Source of the DNA: Phoronis australis
Taxonomy: Eukaryota; Animalia; Phoronida
Assembly: GCA_002633005.1 (NCBI GenBank)
Contig: NMRA01000287.1
Coordinates: 329,808 to 393,807, forward strand
Direction: 5' to 3'
Length of the DNA: 64,000 nucleotides
Part shown: piece after piece, positions 1-12,235 of the stretch
Layout of the letters: each line of letters opens with the position of its first letter
How positions within the stretch are numbered: the first letter of the stretch is position 1
Position numbers and translations under genes: made by a program
The notes under the pieces: generated by a model
The model's input: only the letters and a program-made list of their open reading frames with translations
Told to the model about the DNA's origin: nothing
Database searches by the model: none

Positions 1-325
1 TTACATTATTACTGAATGGTAGTCCTAACCTTGACTTTGTTCTCAATGAATTCCTCCTAAGCAACGTTAGCAAATTTTTATGTACCGTTTATCAATATTG
101 TTGCATCTGATTTCCCTACATGAATCTGTACATATTTTTGTTTTTATATATCTGTAATAGCATGTCTAAGTATTGGAATACTTATTTTAGATACTACTTA
201 ATTGTATATACCTGTATGTATATAAGTTGCATTTATGAATTGTTTACAACCCAGATATAATGCCTCGCCGTTTCTGGGTTTGTTATTATTTCTTTGTATG
301 TTCTGTGTATCCTTCAATAAATACA
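1..325 (+). mobile_element. Probable 3' end of a LINE (CR1/L2-like): ORF2 C-terminus plus 3' UTR
   Basis: Frame 3 reads TLLLNGSPNLDFVLNEFLLSNVSKFL...*, resembling LINE ORF2 C-termini. It is followed by a stem-loop (aacccaga...tctgggtt, ~248-279) and AATAAA at 316-321. Confidence 0.4.
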
Positions 326-889
326 TATCACAGCGAAAAAAACCTCCCTACACATAACACTACAGTCTTGTGAATAATTTACTTCAGCAGGTCAAACATA
401 TCAATACAAACTGAGCTGTCACACTAGAAGCCAGCCCTCGCACATATCCGAGCTGACACATAGGGGGCGCTGAAAGAGAGATCCCTACACCCGTTACATT
501 TCCTGGCAGCGGAAAATGTCGTACAATGTTTGTAGCGTCGAAATGAAATATGACATATGAAATGAACACACTCAAACTGCACAATTTATTGACACAACTC
601 TCGTGAATCCATTACCTCCACTTGATCGAACTGTCCCTCTAGCTAAGCGCTTTCGCATGGAATCACGGAATAAAACTTCTCGTCGCGAGTAAAGACTCAA
701 AACGGTACGAGGGAAAATTCATTCTGAACCTTATTTTCTACAAATTTTTGCCGTATTGCATCCCCGAGACTACTTTAACAGTGCCCGCTGAAATGGAAAG
801 TTCAAAAGGTAGGTCAATGTCGACTCACCGTCGTTAGCCGGTTCAAACTTCAAACTTTCTCAAAATAATCACACAACATCCGTCTGGTA

Positions 890-1078
890 CAAAATCTGCC
901 ACAGAGAAGAAAGAAACTTAGGAATTCGACGCGTATTTGATAAATGCAAAAGGTACCTAGATTGGCGTACATGAAGTGATGTCCCAAACCGACATTATTC
1001 CACTTATCGAATGCGCGGAATAATGTCTCGTGGGATATTACTTCATCTACGCCGCTCTCGGCAATGTTTGCGTATTTC
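890..1078. repeat. Dispersed hairpin-ended repeat family B, copy 1
   Basis: Hairpin ggcgtacatgaagtgatgtccc...gggatattacttcatctacgcc (964-1053). Clearly similar to 28980-29120 and 60085-60280. Confidence 0.65.
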
Positions 1079-1825
1079 TTCAGAGAGCAAAAGTTGGAGA
1101 TACAGATATATGTAGTCTGCTACAGTAAACAAGAGGGTCACATTTTCCGATTCTTACTATAGATAGTGTACTCTGGAAAAACAATATTCATAAAAAGTGA
1201 AAATATAAGATAAATATTCAAGAAAAAAAAACGAACAAGTGGATTAAAAAGTAGGACTTCAGGAAAAAAAGCAGGGAGGACATCTGGGTCTATGCCAAAA
1301 CGTAAGGGTGAAATGTTCACTGCAACACACAAACACGTACCGACAGCGTCATTTGTCGAACGATAGATGTAACACCCAAAAATGCCTGACAGCGTTTTTG
1401 ATGACGTTTTCAATAGTTGAATGGGAAATTGCCGGTTGTGCAAAAACCCATAAAAGGTCTCGCTTTTACTGTTTAGTTGAGAGGGAAAATATGACTATAG
1501 CGCGTAAGAAATTACAATTAAATAATGATAATATGTCAATTTAATAGTCCTGCCTCAAAAAGCGGGATATTGAGATGATGTGACGGAAGACGGGAACAAA
1601 TCAAAACGTAGAACAGTCCGCCAAGAGAAATAATCGATTGGGTTCTTTTACAAGGTGCACTGTAAATTTTACATGTTTCAAAATTTTATTTCACGGATAC
1701 AGGTAAATACTACTTGTACATGCAACAGTAGTCTAACTTCTCAGAAATTGAAATAACGAAAAACGGCACATGGGCAACAGAAAAGTATTGCACAAATGAA
1801 TTATTGTAGAAAGAATTGAAAACAC

Positions 1826-1868
1826 ATATACACACACACACGCACAGACACACACGCACAGACACACA

Positions 1869-1926
<58 letters not shown>

Positions 1927-1929
1927 CAT
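1826..1929. repeat. (CA)n microsatellite
   Basis: Directly visible; it explains the CV/TH ORFs at 1710-2010. Confidence 0.97.
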
Positions 1930-2574
1930 GAACAAACACTTTACCAAGCAATTACGGTTTTTGAAAGTTACATAAACACACCTGTTTTTAGTCCTAAACG
2001 TTTAATTTAGGCCAGATACACCTTTTCCATAGAATACTGTAACATGATTTTAACACCCAACAATGTATTGTTTAAAAACTCCTGGAATGTGGTATGATAT
2101 ACACTGTCAAAATTGGTTTTACGACTGGAGCTGAAAAGATATCAGAGGCCACAAACTCAGTACCTGCATCCTGCAACTCAGGGCAAGATGTCGGTGCATC
2201 AGAATGAGCGGGTTTTTTGACTAATTTTGACGAAAAATCGGTAATTGTGTGTAACCGTGCCGCCAAAGGCTACCCTCGATTAACAATAATAACAAAGTGA
2301 ACAATGAAACTATGGGATTGTTCTAAAAACCCCGTTCACCTCCACACCCTACAACCTCCTCGACCTACGACCCTCTCGACCAATGACCCACGACCCCCTC
2401 GACCCCCGACCCACAAATCCGTCGACCCATTCTAGACATGCCCGACTACATCAGAACATAGAACAAGCGCTGACTCACAGGACCAATGAGATGGAGCGTG
2501 AGCTCGGTTGGCTTTTCCCATTTTTTTGCAACCAGGAGAGTCCGTTAGGCAAATTTGAAAGACAAAAAGAGAAA

Positions 2575-3275
2575 AAAATCTGACACAAAATTAGTGTCAT
2601 TATAAACTACAGTCTTCATTGAGTAAACTAAATTATTTAACGGTGCTGGAAAAAATGGCGTTCTACCGTTATTCTGCTTCATAATTTGTGCAGCTATTTT
2701 TAGCGAGCGCTTTCGGCGCTATGAAATATTGCGTCACCTATTGGCTAGTTTCCTTTTTCGCCGATTCTTCAATTAACTGTTGATCTTTCACGAGGTTGCG
2801 TGCACGTCACAACAAATTCGGAGTTGGTTTCACTTAATTATAAGTTTTTAGAATTTTGATACCGAAAAATCGAGTTTCAGAAAAAAAATTGTTGCTGCCA
2901 AGCTATCACCATCTCCCGAGAGATGTCGCAAAAATTTAGGAAATGGTGCATGCGCGTGACACGAGCGTACTGTTTTCAAAACGACGACATGCTTTTCCTT
3001 GTTAGAAAAGGCGTAGAGTTACGCAAAGAAAATGAAGTTTACTGCATTGTTTTTCACTTAAACGGCTGTAACGGTCAAGGTGAGTTTCGGCTGATTTACA
3101 GATTTTGCATGCACCCCGTCCGGTCTTTAGCTTTACATGTTGATACATGTTTCACGGCGAGGTGACGAGCAGAACTACCCTGGTTGTGTGCAATTTCGGG
3201 GTCTACGTAACAAACACCCACATTGGTACCTAGCTGTATTTTGACGGCAGTCCTCATGCAGCTTGGTGGCAGGCT
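2575..3275 (+). repeat. Diverged dispersed duplicate of 13815-15155
   Basis: aaaatctgacacaaaattagtgtcatta...taaactaaattattta matches 13815-13880. cccgagagatgtcgcaaaaatttaggaaatgg matches ~14111-14143. cctagctgtattttgacggcagtcctcat matches ~15106-15135. Confidence 0.7.
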
Positions 3276-3545
3276 AACCAAAGAACTACCACGTTACAAA
3301 AGTCGTTCCGCAGTTGCCGTACTTGACCTCGAACCGTCAAAGGAGGACTGTATGGTGGGCTTTTTGGGAACATTTTTGTGCTTTGACCGCGAATTTGTTG
3401 CGATCACGCTGGAGCATGACACCATGACTGTATTAGAAGAAAGAAAAATTACTTTGTGTAAATCTATTGAGTTTTGTGTTTGATATGGAATGCTGAAGTG
3501 AAGCACCCGTGGACTTCCTTTTTCCGAGTGTCATACCTTGTAGTA

Positions 3546-3608
3546 TTATATATACACATACATATACATATACATATGCATATACATATATATATACATA
3601 CATATATA
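3546..3608. repeat. (TA)n/(CATATA)n microsatellite
   Basis: Directly visible. Confidence 0.9.
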
Positions 3609-3854
3609 ATGTATTGCATTGGGGATATTCGGAGGCTGAGGACGCCTGTGGCTGCATGGATCGCTAATATAAACCATATCTGGCAGGAACGCATTGGTTA
3701 ACACCACCTCAACTATTTAAACGTTGTTTTAGTACATATCCAGACTTATCTTCGTTATGCCTTAAACCGGTATGTAACAATTTCACGTGAAGTTACATTT
3801 GTTAGCAGTTTCATTGACGAAATTGTGATAACCAATCAAAAGCAACATTATTAA

Positions 3855-4116
3855 ATGGGCGGCGCAGCACTGAAAAAAGGTAGGGCTAAAGACCCCCAGT
3901 CCACCTCTGGTGCGCTGCCCATAGACCATGGGCGGCGATGCACTAAAAAAGTAGAGCTATAGCCCCCCAATCCCCGTCTGGTGCCCTGCTCATAGACCAT
4001 GGGTGGCGCAGCACTGAAAAAAAGTAGGGCTACAGCCCCCCCCAGTCCCCCTCTGGTGCACTGCCCATAGATCATGGGCGGTGCAGCTGTGAAAAAGGTA
4101 TGGTGCGCCGCCCATG
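3855..4116. repeat. Tandem array of 71-75 bp units, each bounded by short inverted repeats
   Basis: Units start at 3855, 3928, 3999 and 4074 (last one shortened). Each runs approximately atgggcggcgca...tgcgcYgcccat. Confidence 0.9.
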
Positions 4117-4852
4117 TATAAAAGCAACTATTTTTGAAGGCACACACGTTGTTGAGAACATCCTGATAATTTGCTAGGGTAACACGTTTGATTTGCTTAT
4201 TAGTCAAATTACAATTGCTACGAGTTACCCGACGACAACCAGTCGACTGTTGTGACCTGCACATCCGACTTGCATCGCCATCTTTTCCAAAGTTCAATTG
4301 TTGACCCTCACTCTACGCTGAGATGGCAAGTTTCCACAATGCGATTCAAGTGCAGCGCTACACTTGCTACAACGCATCAGGTACATGTAATGGCAGACTG
4401 CGTTTTTACAATCAAACTTCACAACAATAAAAAATTAGTCTTTCAGGAAAGTCTCCAATGTACGTACCGCCTTATTAGTTTACATGTAACTTCGGACTAG
4501 GGCACCTACATGTACTAGTGAGCTGCTCCTGCAGCCCAACTACTCCGAAGGCTGACCACTCCAAAGGGGCACTAATCAAAACACGTAAAATCCTCTAGGC
4601 CCTACTCTGAAAGCCGACCATTCCGAAAACACAAAAAACAAATACTCCGAAAAAACCCTCGCCTCCTCCAAATGGTCAAGCGAACTTTAAAGAAGATACG
4701 TCAACTGCAAAGACAATACTAGACATTGTCCTAATTTTGGTACTTAGTGTGGGATTTTGATTCTAAGTGATCGATTAATTACCCATTCATGAGGGGCAAT
4801 TATGACTGGCAAAATATCTAAAAACGTTCACTGTTCCCGATATTCTCCGAGC

Positions 4853-6167
4853 TTTCATTACTCTGCGCGTGTAAGCGCAGAGTGCTGTTGTTCCTGGGTT
4901 TTCTTCAATTTTATTCTTATTCTTATTCTTCTTATTCTTCTTATTCTTCTTCCGACCAACTTTGAGGCTTAATAACTCCAAATTGGGTGCAGATACGGTC
5001 TTTAAATTCAGCATATGACTTTTGACGGTAAATAAATTTTGATTGATTATACAATCATGTTCCATATTGCACCGGAAGAGGTCGTTTGGTGCAAAGGTCA
5101 TATAATTTTCAAAATGCTACTCCTCCTTCAGTTTTAAAGCTAACTTTTTCAAATTCGGTGCACAGGTATAAGTCAACATGACATTTTAAAAAATTACTTT
5201 TCTAAGTAATCGGGTCATCCAATCAGGTGAAATAGGTCAAAGGTCATTAGGTGCAAACTTAAATTTTAAGATAGACACTTCAAATTGACAGGTCTGATTG
5301 CCACACGTAAATCAAATTGGAATCCAAAGTTTCAGGTCATTTAGTGCAAACATGGGGTCATTAGGTGCATTTTTCTTCTGAAAATTTGACCTTTTCAATC
5401 AGCAAGTATTCTGATGTGTCAACCGTTAGACAACTGTGACTCTCAGCGTTAAACACATTTTCCATGGGCTTTGCAATAATTCTCCTAAAAATGCTTAAAA
5501 TGCACCGGATCAGGTCAATTAGTGCAAAGGTCATGTAACGTTCAAAATGTTATATCTCTTACGTTTTTCAAGGAATTCTTTTCAATTTCAGCACACTGGC
5601 ATAAGTCAACATGCCAGTTGAATACCCTACTTTACTTCGCAATAGGCCTAACCAATCAGAAAAAATAGGTCAAAGGTCATTGAGTGCAAACTAAAATTTT
5701 GAGCTAGAGACTTCAGAATTACGTATCTGTTTACTAAGTGCGATTGAGTTTGAATTCTCAATTTTCAGGTCATTTGGTGCGCCCATGGGGTCATTAGGTG
5801 CATTTATCATCTGAAAGTGACCACTTCATTCATTTTGTATTCTGAAGTGCTTAAAGTAAAACATCTGTGATTATTAGCATTAACCACACTTTTAATCGAG
5901 TTAACAATTACTCCCTCATCCTGTTTACTAAATGTGATTGAGTTTGAATTCTAAATTTTTGGGTCATTTGGTGCACCCATGGGGTCATTAGGTGCATTTT
6001 TCTACTGAAAGTTTGACCAATTCATTCATGTTGTATTCTTAAGTAATTTTAAAGAATTCCTTTTCGTATTGGTAAACGGGTTGCTGTCAGTAACTTCCCA
6101 TAACAATTCCTTTAAAAGCACGCGCAGAGTCCATTATTGTCACGCCGTGACAATAATCTTTCTAGTT
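4853..6167 (+). mobile_element. Non-autonomous Helentron-associated element (HINE / DINE-1-like)
   Basis: 5' sub-TIR within the hairpin actctgcgc-gtgtaa-gcgcagagt (4860-4883). (TTCTTA)n microsatellite at 4910-4952. Internal ~430-bp tandem subrepeats rich in ggtca. 3' sub-TIR acgcgcagagt (6120-6130), then a perfect hairpin attattgtcac-gcc-gtgacaataat (6133-6157) and ctagtt. T-rich flanks. Confidence 0.8.
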
Positions 6168-8866
6168 TCTATTTGCTTTTCTAGAGGCCCAGTTCTTTGT
6201 GCGTCACCTCCAAACGTTGCCGCTTTTCTCGCCCTAATTTTCGTACTATCGCAGTCGACGTCCAAGTTGTCTGCAAATGACTAGTTTTGCTTCGGATTTT
6301 GTTTTGAAGCAATATTGGTGACTAGGTTTTGAGAAAAGAAGGTATTTAAGCAGAACTTACGTTTTAGGAAGACACTCAAGACAAAGTGAATAAACAGCGA
6401 TATCATTTTCAACTAGTCTCTGCACTTCGCAACGTGGCTTTCTCATTCGAAATAAAGCACGCGGTCATACACGAGGCATGCATGCACGAGTCTTTGATTT
6501 CGAAATGCGAGTGCATAGCGTAGCACTTGCGCATCGCGTGGTGGAGAATCGATTATTCTTGTTTAGGTAACTGTGAACCTGGTTTACCAGGTTGTACTTA
6601 TGCGCAAATATCTCAAATTCCGTTAGCCGCAATCTCTACAAAGTACATATTTCCTGAAAGCTGAATAAATTTCCAAACACCATTTATTATTCTTGTTTAC
6701 TTGTCCTTATTGTGTCATGAGATATTTTTAGCAAAAATGACTTTGAATAGAGATTTTAAAAATGTTGTTCTAGTCACGTTGGTCTTTAGTCAACATATTG
6801 ATTTTCATGTGGCATTTTCGAGGGAACAGTGTCTCAGGTTTTTGAAATAGGTCCTCAATCTAAATCCTAAGACCTCGATCCTTTGGAAGGTATCAAATAG
6901 CAAGTATTCGAAATTTCTTACAATCCCTTCACGCATCGCGAGAAATCGATGTTAAAATTGAACTAAACTCCAAAAATCCAAAATCGCAACCCGAGAAATC
7001 TGCAGTAACCGGACATCGGGGATCGAGAAGTGCAAATTCGGCATCGTATCATAAATTTCAGAAGATTATTGAATGTGGTAGTTAGGTATTTTCACAGTTA
7101 CTGGGGAAGGGTATTTATAATTTCAACATATGACTGATTTAGGTATTGCGAAATGCCGAATTTTAGGAGTAGTCGCTCAGCTTTAGCGACCTAATCGAGT
7201 CTACCCGATTGCTCAGATGCTCAGAATCACGTGATTAACTGTGGACGGAGATTGCGTGTTATTTAGCTGAACTAAGCTTTATCGAGAAGGCCTGGAACAA
7301 GGTGGACGTGGTGTAAATGAAATACAGATCAGAAATTATGGAGAATTTTGGAAAGGCAAAGAAAGAAATACTGAGAGAATTGGTCCCCGAGATTGGTCGA
7401 AAAATTTAGCCATGACGATTTTATGTTGCTAGTTAGAACCACTTTCACATCGTGAAATAGAACTTTAACCATGTCCATTTGCTTCTTTTCTTGTACAAAT
7501 CAAGTTCGCAAACCGTGACTGTGATCTTTTGCTCATTTTATCAGAGACACTGGGGTGTCTAATTTTGTATAATCGTAACTCACTGAGCAAGTCTTACCGG
7601 AGTATCAGTTTAGTGACCGAGCATCATGTTGTTTCTGGTTTCCATAAATTTCTAATGTCAGACGGTACAGCATATAGAAAACCGTATTTGGCGTATTGCA
7701 GGTAACCTGGATCCGCCGTCCCGGATCTTGGAGGTGTGGAAAATACTTCAAAACCGAAAACATACATCATTCAGTGAGTTCACTGATGCAATAAATTGTA
7801 AGCTCTGCCTATTATGCTTGGAAATAGACACTCGGATTTCGCCTTTGTATCCATTTTCGTATATTTCAGATTGGATTCACGAGTCTTATAGTTGGAGAAC
7901 CAGCAGGAGTTTATTCACCCGTTTGAGTTCAAAAGGTGTGAGTGCGTAATTCTATTGTAAATCACCAACCATTGAAGGAAAAGGGTGTCTTACGATGAGC
8001 AATCCTGAGCTTTGATCCCTGTGGGGTTCAAAATGGGCCAAAAATCCATTTAATTAAAAATTCGAGTGCAACCTCCGTTTCAAGATTATTTCATTCTAAT
8101 CAGCACCCGAATTAAAATGGTGCAACTTAAGACGCGAAAACGCCTGGGGTTATTAATTAAGACGCCTACTAATTAATGACCAATTAACGATTTATTCAAA
8201 CGTTTAAGTGCAACATATTTTTTCCAAAAGATAGTTTAGTAACTCTGGACACTATATGCACAACTTAAGACTCGATTTTTCCTGGGGTAGGCAGATAAGA
8301 CGGGAGGGGGGCTGTTTTGACCCCAGGGGATAAGTGGACCCAAAAATAAACTTGTATGAAAGAGGAAATGCAAAAATTTTGATTACTCCTAAGGACAAAG
8401 CATTATTTCAAATGAACAAAAATACCAGGTATGACAAGAAAAACTCTTGTGTTGTAAATTAAGACACTTATTATTTAACGACAAGTTAACGATTTATTTC
8501 AACTTCTAAGTGCAACAAAAAATCATTTTCCAAAAGCATCGGACAGTTTAGTTACTCCAGACACCATATCCACAACTAAAGACGGAATTTTCCAGGGGTT
8601 TGCAGATAAGGGGGGTGTCTGGAGCCCGAGGGACAATACTGAACTTGCATATAAAGGGAAGTGCAAACATTTTAATTGATGCTATAAATAAAATTTTAAT
8701 CTAGGAACAAAAAGTAATTCGCAACTTAAGACATGAAAAAGTCTGGGGGTTTTAATTAGGAACCAATAATTATAGATTAATTAATTTTTCATTCAGTTAA
8801 TTGCAAGAAGCCACGGATGAACTAGTTTCAATACCCTTATACCGAGTTTAGCAAGCTTCCTGAAAT

Positions 8867-11800
8867 TTGTGGTCGAGCACACGAAAATTGGACACACTGT
8901 TCCTCGTACGCCTCAGTCTCAATTCAGAGTCTACACCAATGTGGATTGGATTTAACGCACGTCTTCTCCAAGGTAAGTTGCTGAAGCAAGTTGTTCATTA
9001 TATGCCGAAAGTGAGCCAACCCATCATAGCAATTGACGTTGTTGTGGACACATTGCGCACAGCTCTGAAGTGTGCAGAGGAATGTTGCCAGATGTATGGT
9101 GTGGTTACACATGATCTAGATGTTGCAAAGGCTGCACACCGAATCCAAGTCACCAGTCAGCCAGAGTTCGACAAGGTCTTAATAATGTTTGAGTATTCCA
9201 CATTCTTATGTGTTTATTAGAGCCATTGGAAAGTTTATCTCAGAATGAGGTGGACCAGCGATGTTAACAGACTCAAGTGTATTAGCTCCGGGATTTCAGA
9301 GAGCCTTCATGGAATGATTTAACCCAGTTGCATTAGAAACATTACTTTTCCGAAGGTTCATGAAGGAATTTGATAACACAGGTTTGGTCCTCGTGAAATT
9401 GCCGAATGTGTCCCTAGAAAAGAGGGAAGATGTTGATGGTATCTATAGCTCAACACTATTCTAAGAACAATTTGAAGCTTTTTAGAGGTTCTAGAAGAGT
9501 GCTGGAAATGGAGATCTCGGTCGAACAGCACAGTTTTGGGCAATGTATATCCAATACATACATATCTACCACACTGTCGAACACGCAGTTAGAGGAAAAA
9601 TGATTGATCTCTTCACCACCATGGTGACACCAATTACTGATCTGCTTTTTGCAACAAACAGACTGAACTGTGCACGCTGGATGTCAAAATAACAACTTGA
9701 CTTGATGAATTTAGATTGTTCCCATCCTGGAGTCTTTTCAGTCAGACGACCGAACAATGAATTTGCGCGAAGTCCAATCGATCTTACCGTGGAGCAAACA
9801 ATCAATGCTGATACCACCTCACGAATGACGGGATATACATCGTCCACAAAAACTACAGTTCAAGAGTACAGTGGAGTGTTACCAAGAGCAGCCAAGCTGC
9901 GATTGTGAATGCAGCTCTCACTATGGTCGGAATGGGGAATACAAGAGACACTCACACTGACCTCAGTCCAGCCAGAATAAGGAAAGACATTGGCAATCTG
10001 CTGAAGATCATCAAGCAGACTGAGTCTATTGCCAATCCTTTCACACTTGATCTAAGATTACCTCTCATCAACATCAGCACTGGAAAAGGTGTAACAGTTG
10101 CCACGAGTACATCATTTGTTAATCATTCCAGAAGACTGCAAAAATGGACATGAAAGATTTGTCCAAAGATGCCTCATTAGTGCAGAGCGCTTCAAAAACC
10201 AATTCCTAAAAATTCTATTCGCACGTTTGTCAGTGAGTGTGTGACCAATCAAAAATCAAACAGAAACGCAAAGGAGACACACGTAAGATGTACTAGTGCA
10301 CTTATTGGCCGCATTGCCTTCACGGCAGCAACAGTGACATTGACTTCGATCATGTATTCTCATTTCCTCTGACACCGGTGCCACTGTCATTGGGTAACAA
10401 TGATGGGATGATAAATCACACGGATAAAAGTGCATTGCAAGTTGTTCCAATTTCCGGAAAGCACTGCCAGTGACTGTCACGACGTGACTTTAATGAGGCA
10501 ATTTAATAGAAACATTAAGTTTAAAAGAAATAATATTTAATGAAGCTTCAACGTTTAAAAACGAACATTAAACATTAACACACAGTTTCGTCATTGGGTA
10601 GACCACTCTCCACGTGGCACCCCAAACTAATATTACTGAGTCAAGAGTCCATCTTATTTCCACAGTCTGTGCAGTCTTTTGTGGTCAGCCTCCGACCCCA
10701 TCATCTTTGTCCGCTAAATGTCCCAAGTCTACTGTAGACACAAACGTTCCACTTCTGTGAACAGCTTTTAACACGTCTACACTGTGTCACAGCTGGCTCT
10801 CGACTGCCGCACCCAGGCCGAACATTTGAATGCACCCGGCAACACAGTAGTTCATTTGCGTATCAATGTCCCAGTAACAATCGCTGAACACTGACGCCGG
10901 CGACGAAACAGGCTATGTTCACAATTATTCATTCTTTATAGTGACCATGGCAGCCGATCTTGTGTACGTATTCATATTATTAACGGCAATTTCCAATTCC
11001 ACTGGCTTTTGCCAGATCTGCCTGTGGAGCTGTCACCAGCTTGGCGTATACGTCACAAAGAGTCGGCATCAACTTTGATACATATGAACGGCCATCCACC
11101 AAGTACAGTTAGCAAGAGCGCAGAGAAGCTGTTGTAGGAGGGGAACTTGTTATAAAAGGACCTGAGCAGAAGACTCAAGTTTCAGGAAACAACTCGACAA
11201 GGAAGCGTGTAAACGAGAGCTCCCGTCTTTCTCACAAGGACTGGTAGAGCAACTTCTATAATCCACTTCTAGATGGAAGACAAGGGTATTTGGGAGTGAT
11301 GGGAGAGTGAGCTCGGTACTTCGTTGAAGATGGAAAAGTACATGTATGCACACAAAGAGTTCCATCTCTTAATTGTTATCACTTGGAAGTCGACACCAGA
11401 GTCACCCTTCATATGATTGAGACGGACAACTGTGCATCCGGCGACATCGTCATAAGAGCTTTTGGCACCGATATTCTAGTGTTGCTCCTACACCATGTCA
11501 ATCGAATTAGATCTACATGTACGGTGTGGTTGGAGGTTTGACTAGAGCACAAGGCGATCTTCGTTATGTAAACGTAACTAAGATTGGTACTGCGATAGGC
11601 CGAGCTACAGTGTATGTGTGATGCACTCCCCGGCTGCTCGCATTCACTGGTTGTGGCTATACATGTACCTTTGTATTTGTAAGGAAAGGAGAGAACAGAC
11701 CATATCCAATCGTGGCAAAAAGTAAAAGGTTCCAGAGAGCTTTTGCTTCAATGACCCGCGATATCCCAAGAAAAGAAGTCATCAAAATCTTATAGGATTT

Positions 11801-12235
11801 TGTCCGCGTCTTGTACAGAGCACGGAAGCTTGTCCCACTCAACAAGCACCGATTCAACGTGGTTGACGAAACCTACACAAAAATGAAATGCTAAGTACCC
11901 ATTTGAGAAGCTTATATATGTAGAAGCATCGAGGGCAGCATTATTCCACATTCTGAAGCGGAACTAGCACTTCACGTGAATGGAAGTGCATTTGTTGCTA
12001 GACTATGGGGTAGCGCTCATCTCCAAATCTTGGACAAAATGCCCACCAATGGACGGGAAAATGTTGACGGCGACTTTCGCATCATTTGTTTCAGTGGAGA
12101 ACAAATGCATCCGGCGCTCATTCCAAAGTTCAAGTCGACACAGAGCCAGATGACAATGGTAGCGATGCTAAGACATGATGGTATGGAGTGATGTGGACGA
12201 AGATCATGATCTTCTACCAAGAAAGATAGAATCAT
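8867..12235 (+). pseudogene. Academ transposase with XPG/FEN1-like nuclease domain (frameshifts, stops, insertion)
   Basis: Motifs across frames: PMWIGFN..KQVVHYMPKV..VVTHDLDVAKAAHRIQ; FSVRRPNNEFARSPIDLTVEQTINAD; FSFPLTPVPLSLG..DG; INFDTYERPS; TDILVLL; AFTGCGYT..FVRKG; IPHSEAELALHVNGSAFVARLW. Confidence 0.85.
10475..10947. mobile_element. Putative solo LTR inserted in the Academ ORF
   Basis: tgtcac...gtgacca ends with a near-TSD tgac/tggc. Removing it restores a continuous Academ frame (..ESTASD|SRSCVRIHIINGNF..). Confidence 0.55.

Noticed and set aside
1710-2010. ORFs rich in CV/TH repeats (also 3433-3701 and 41060-41306)
   Set aside because: They are translations of microsatellites.
3855-4116. 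CRISPR-like repeat/spacer periodicity
   Set aside because: The supposed spacers are homologous to each other, no cas genes are present, and the context is eukaryotic. It is a tandem repeat.
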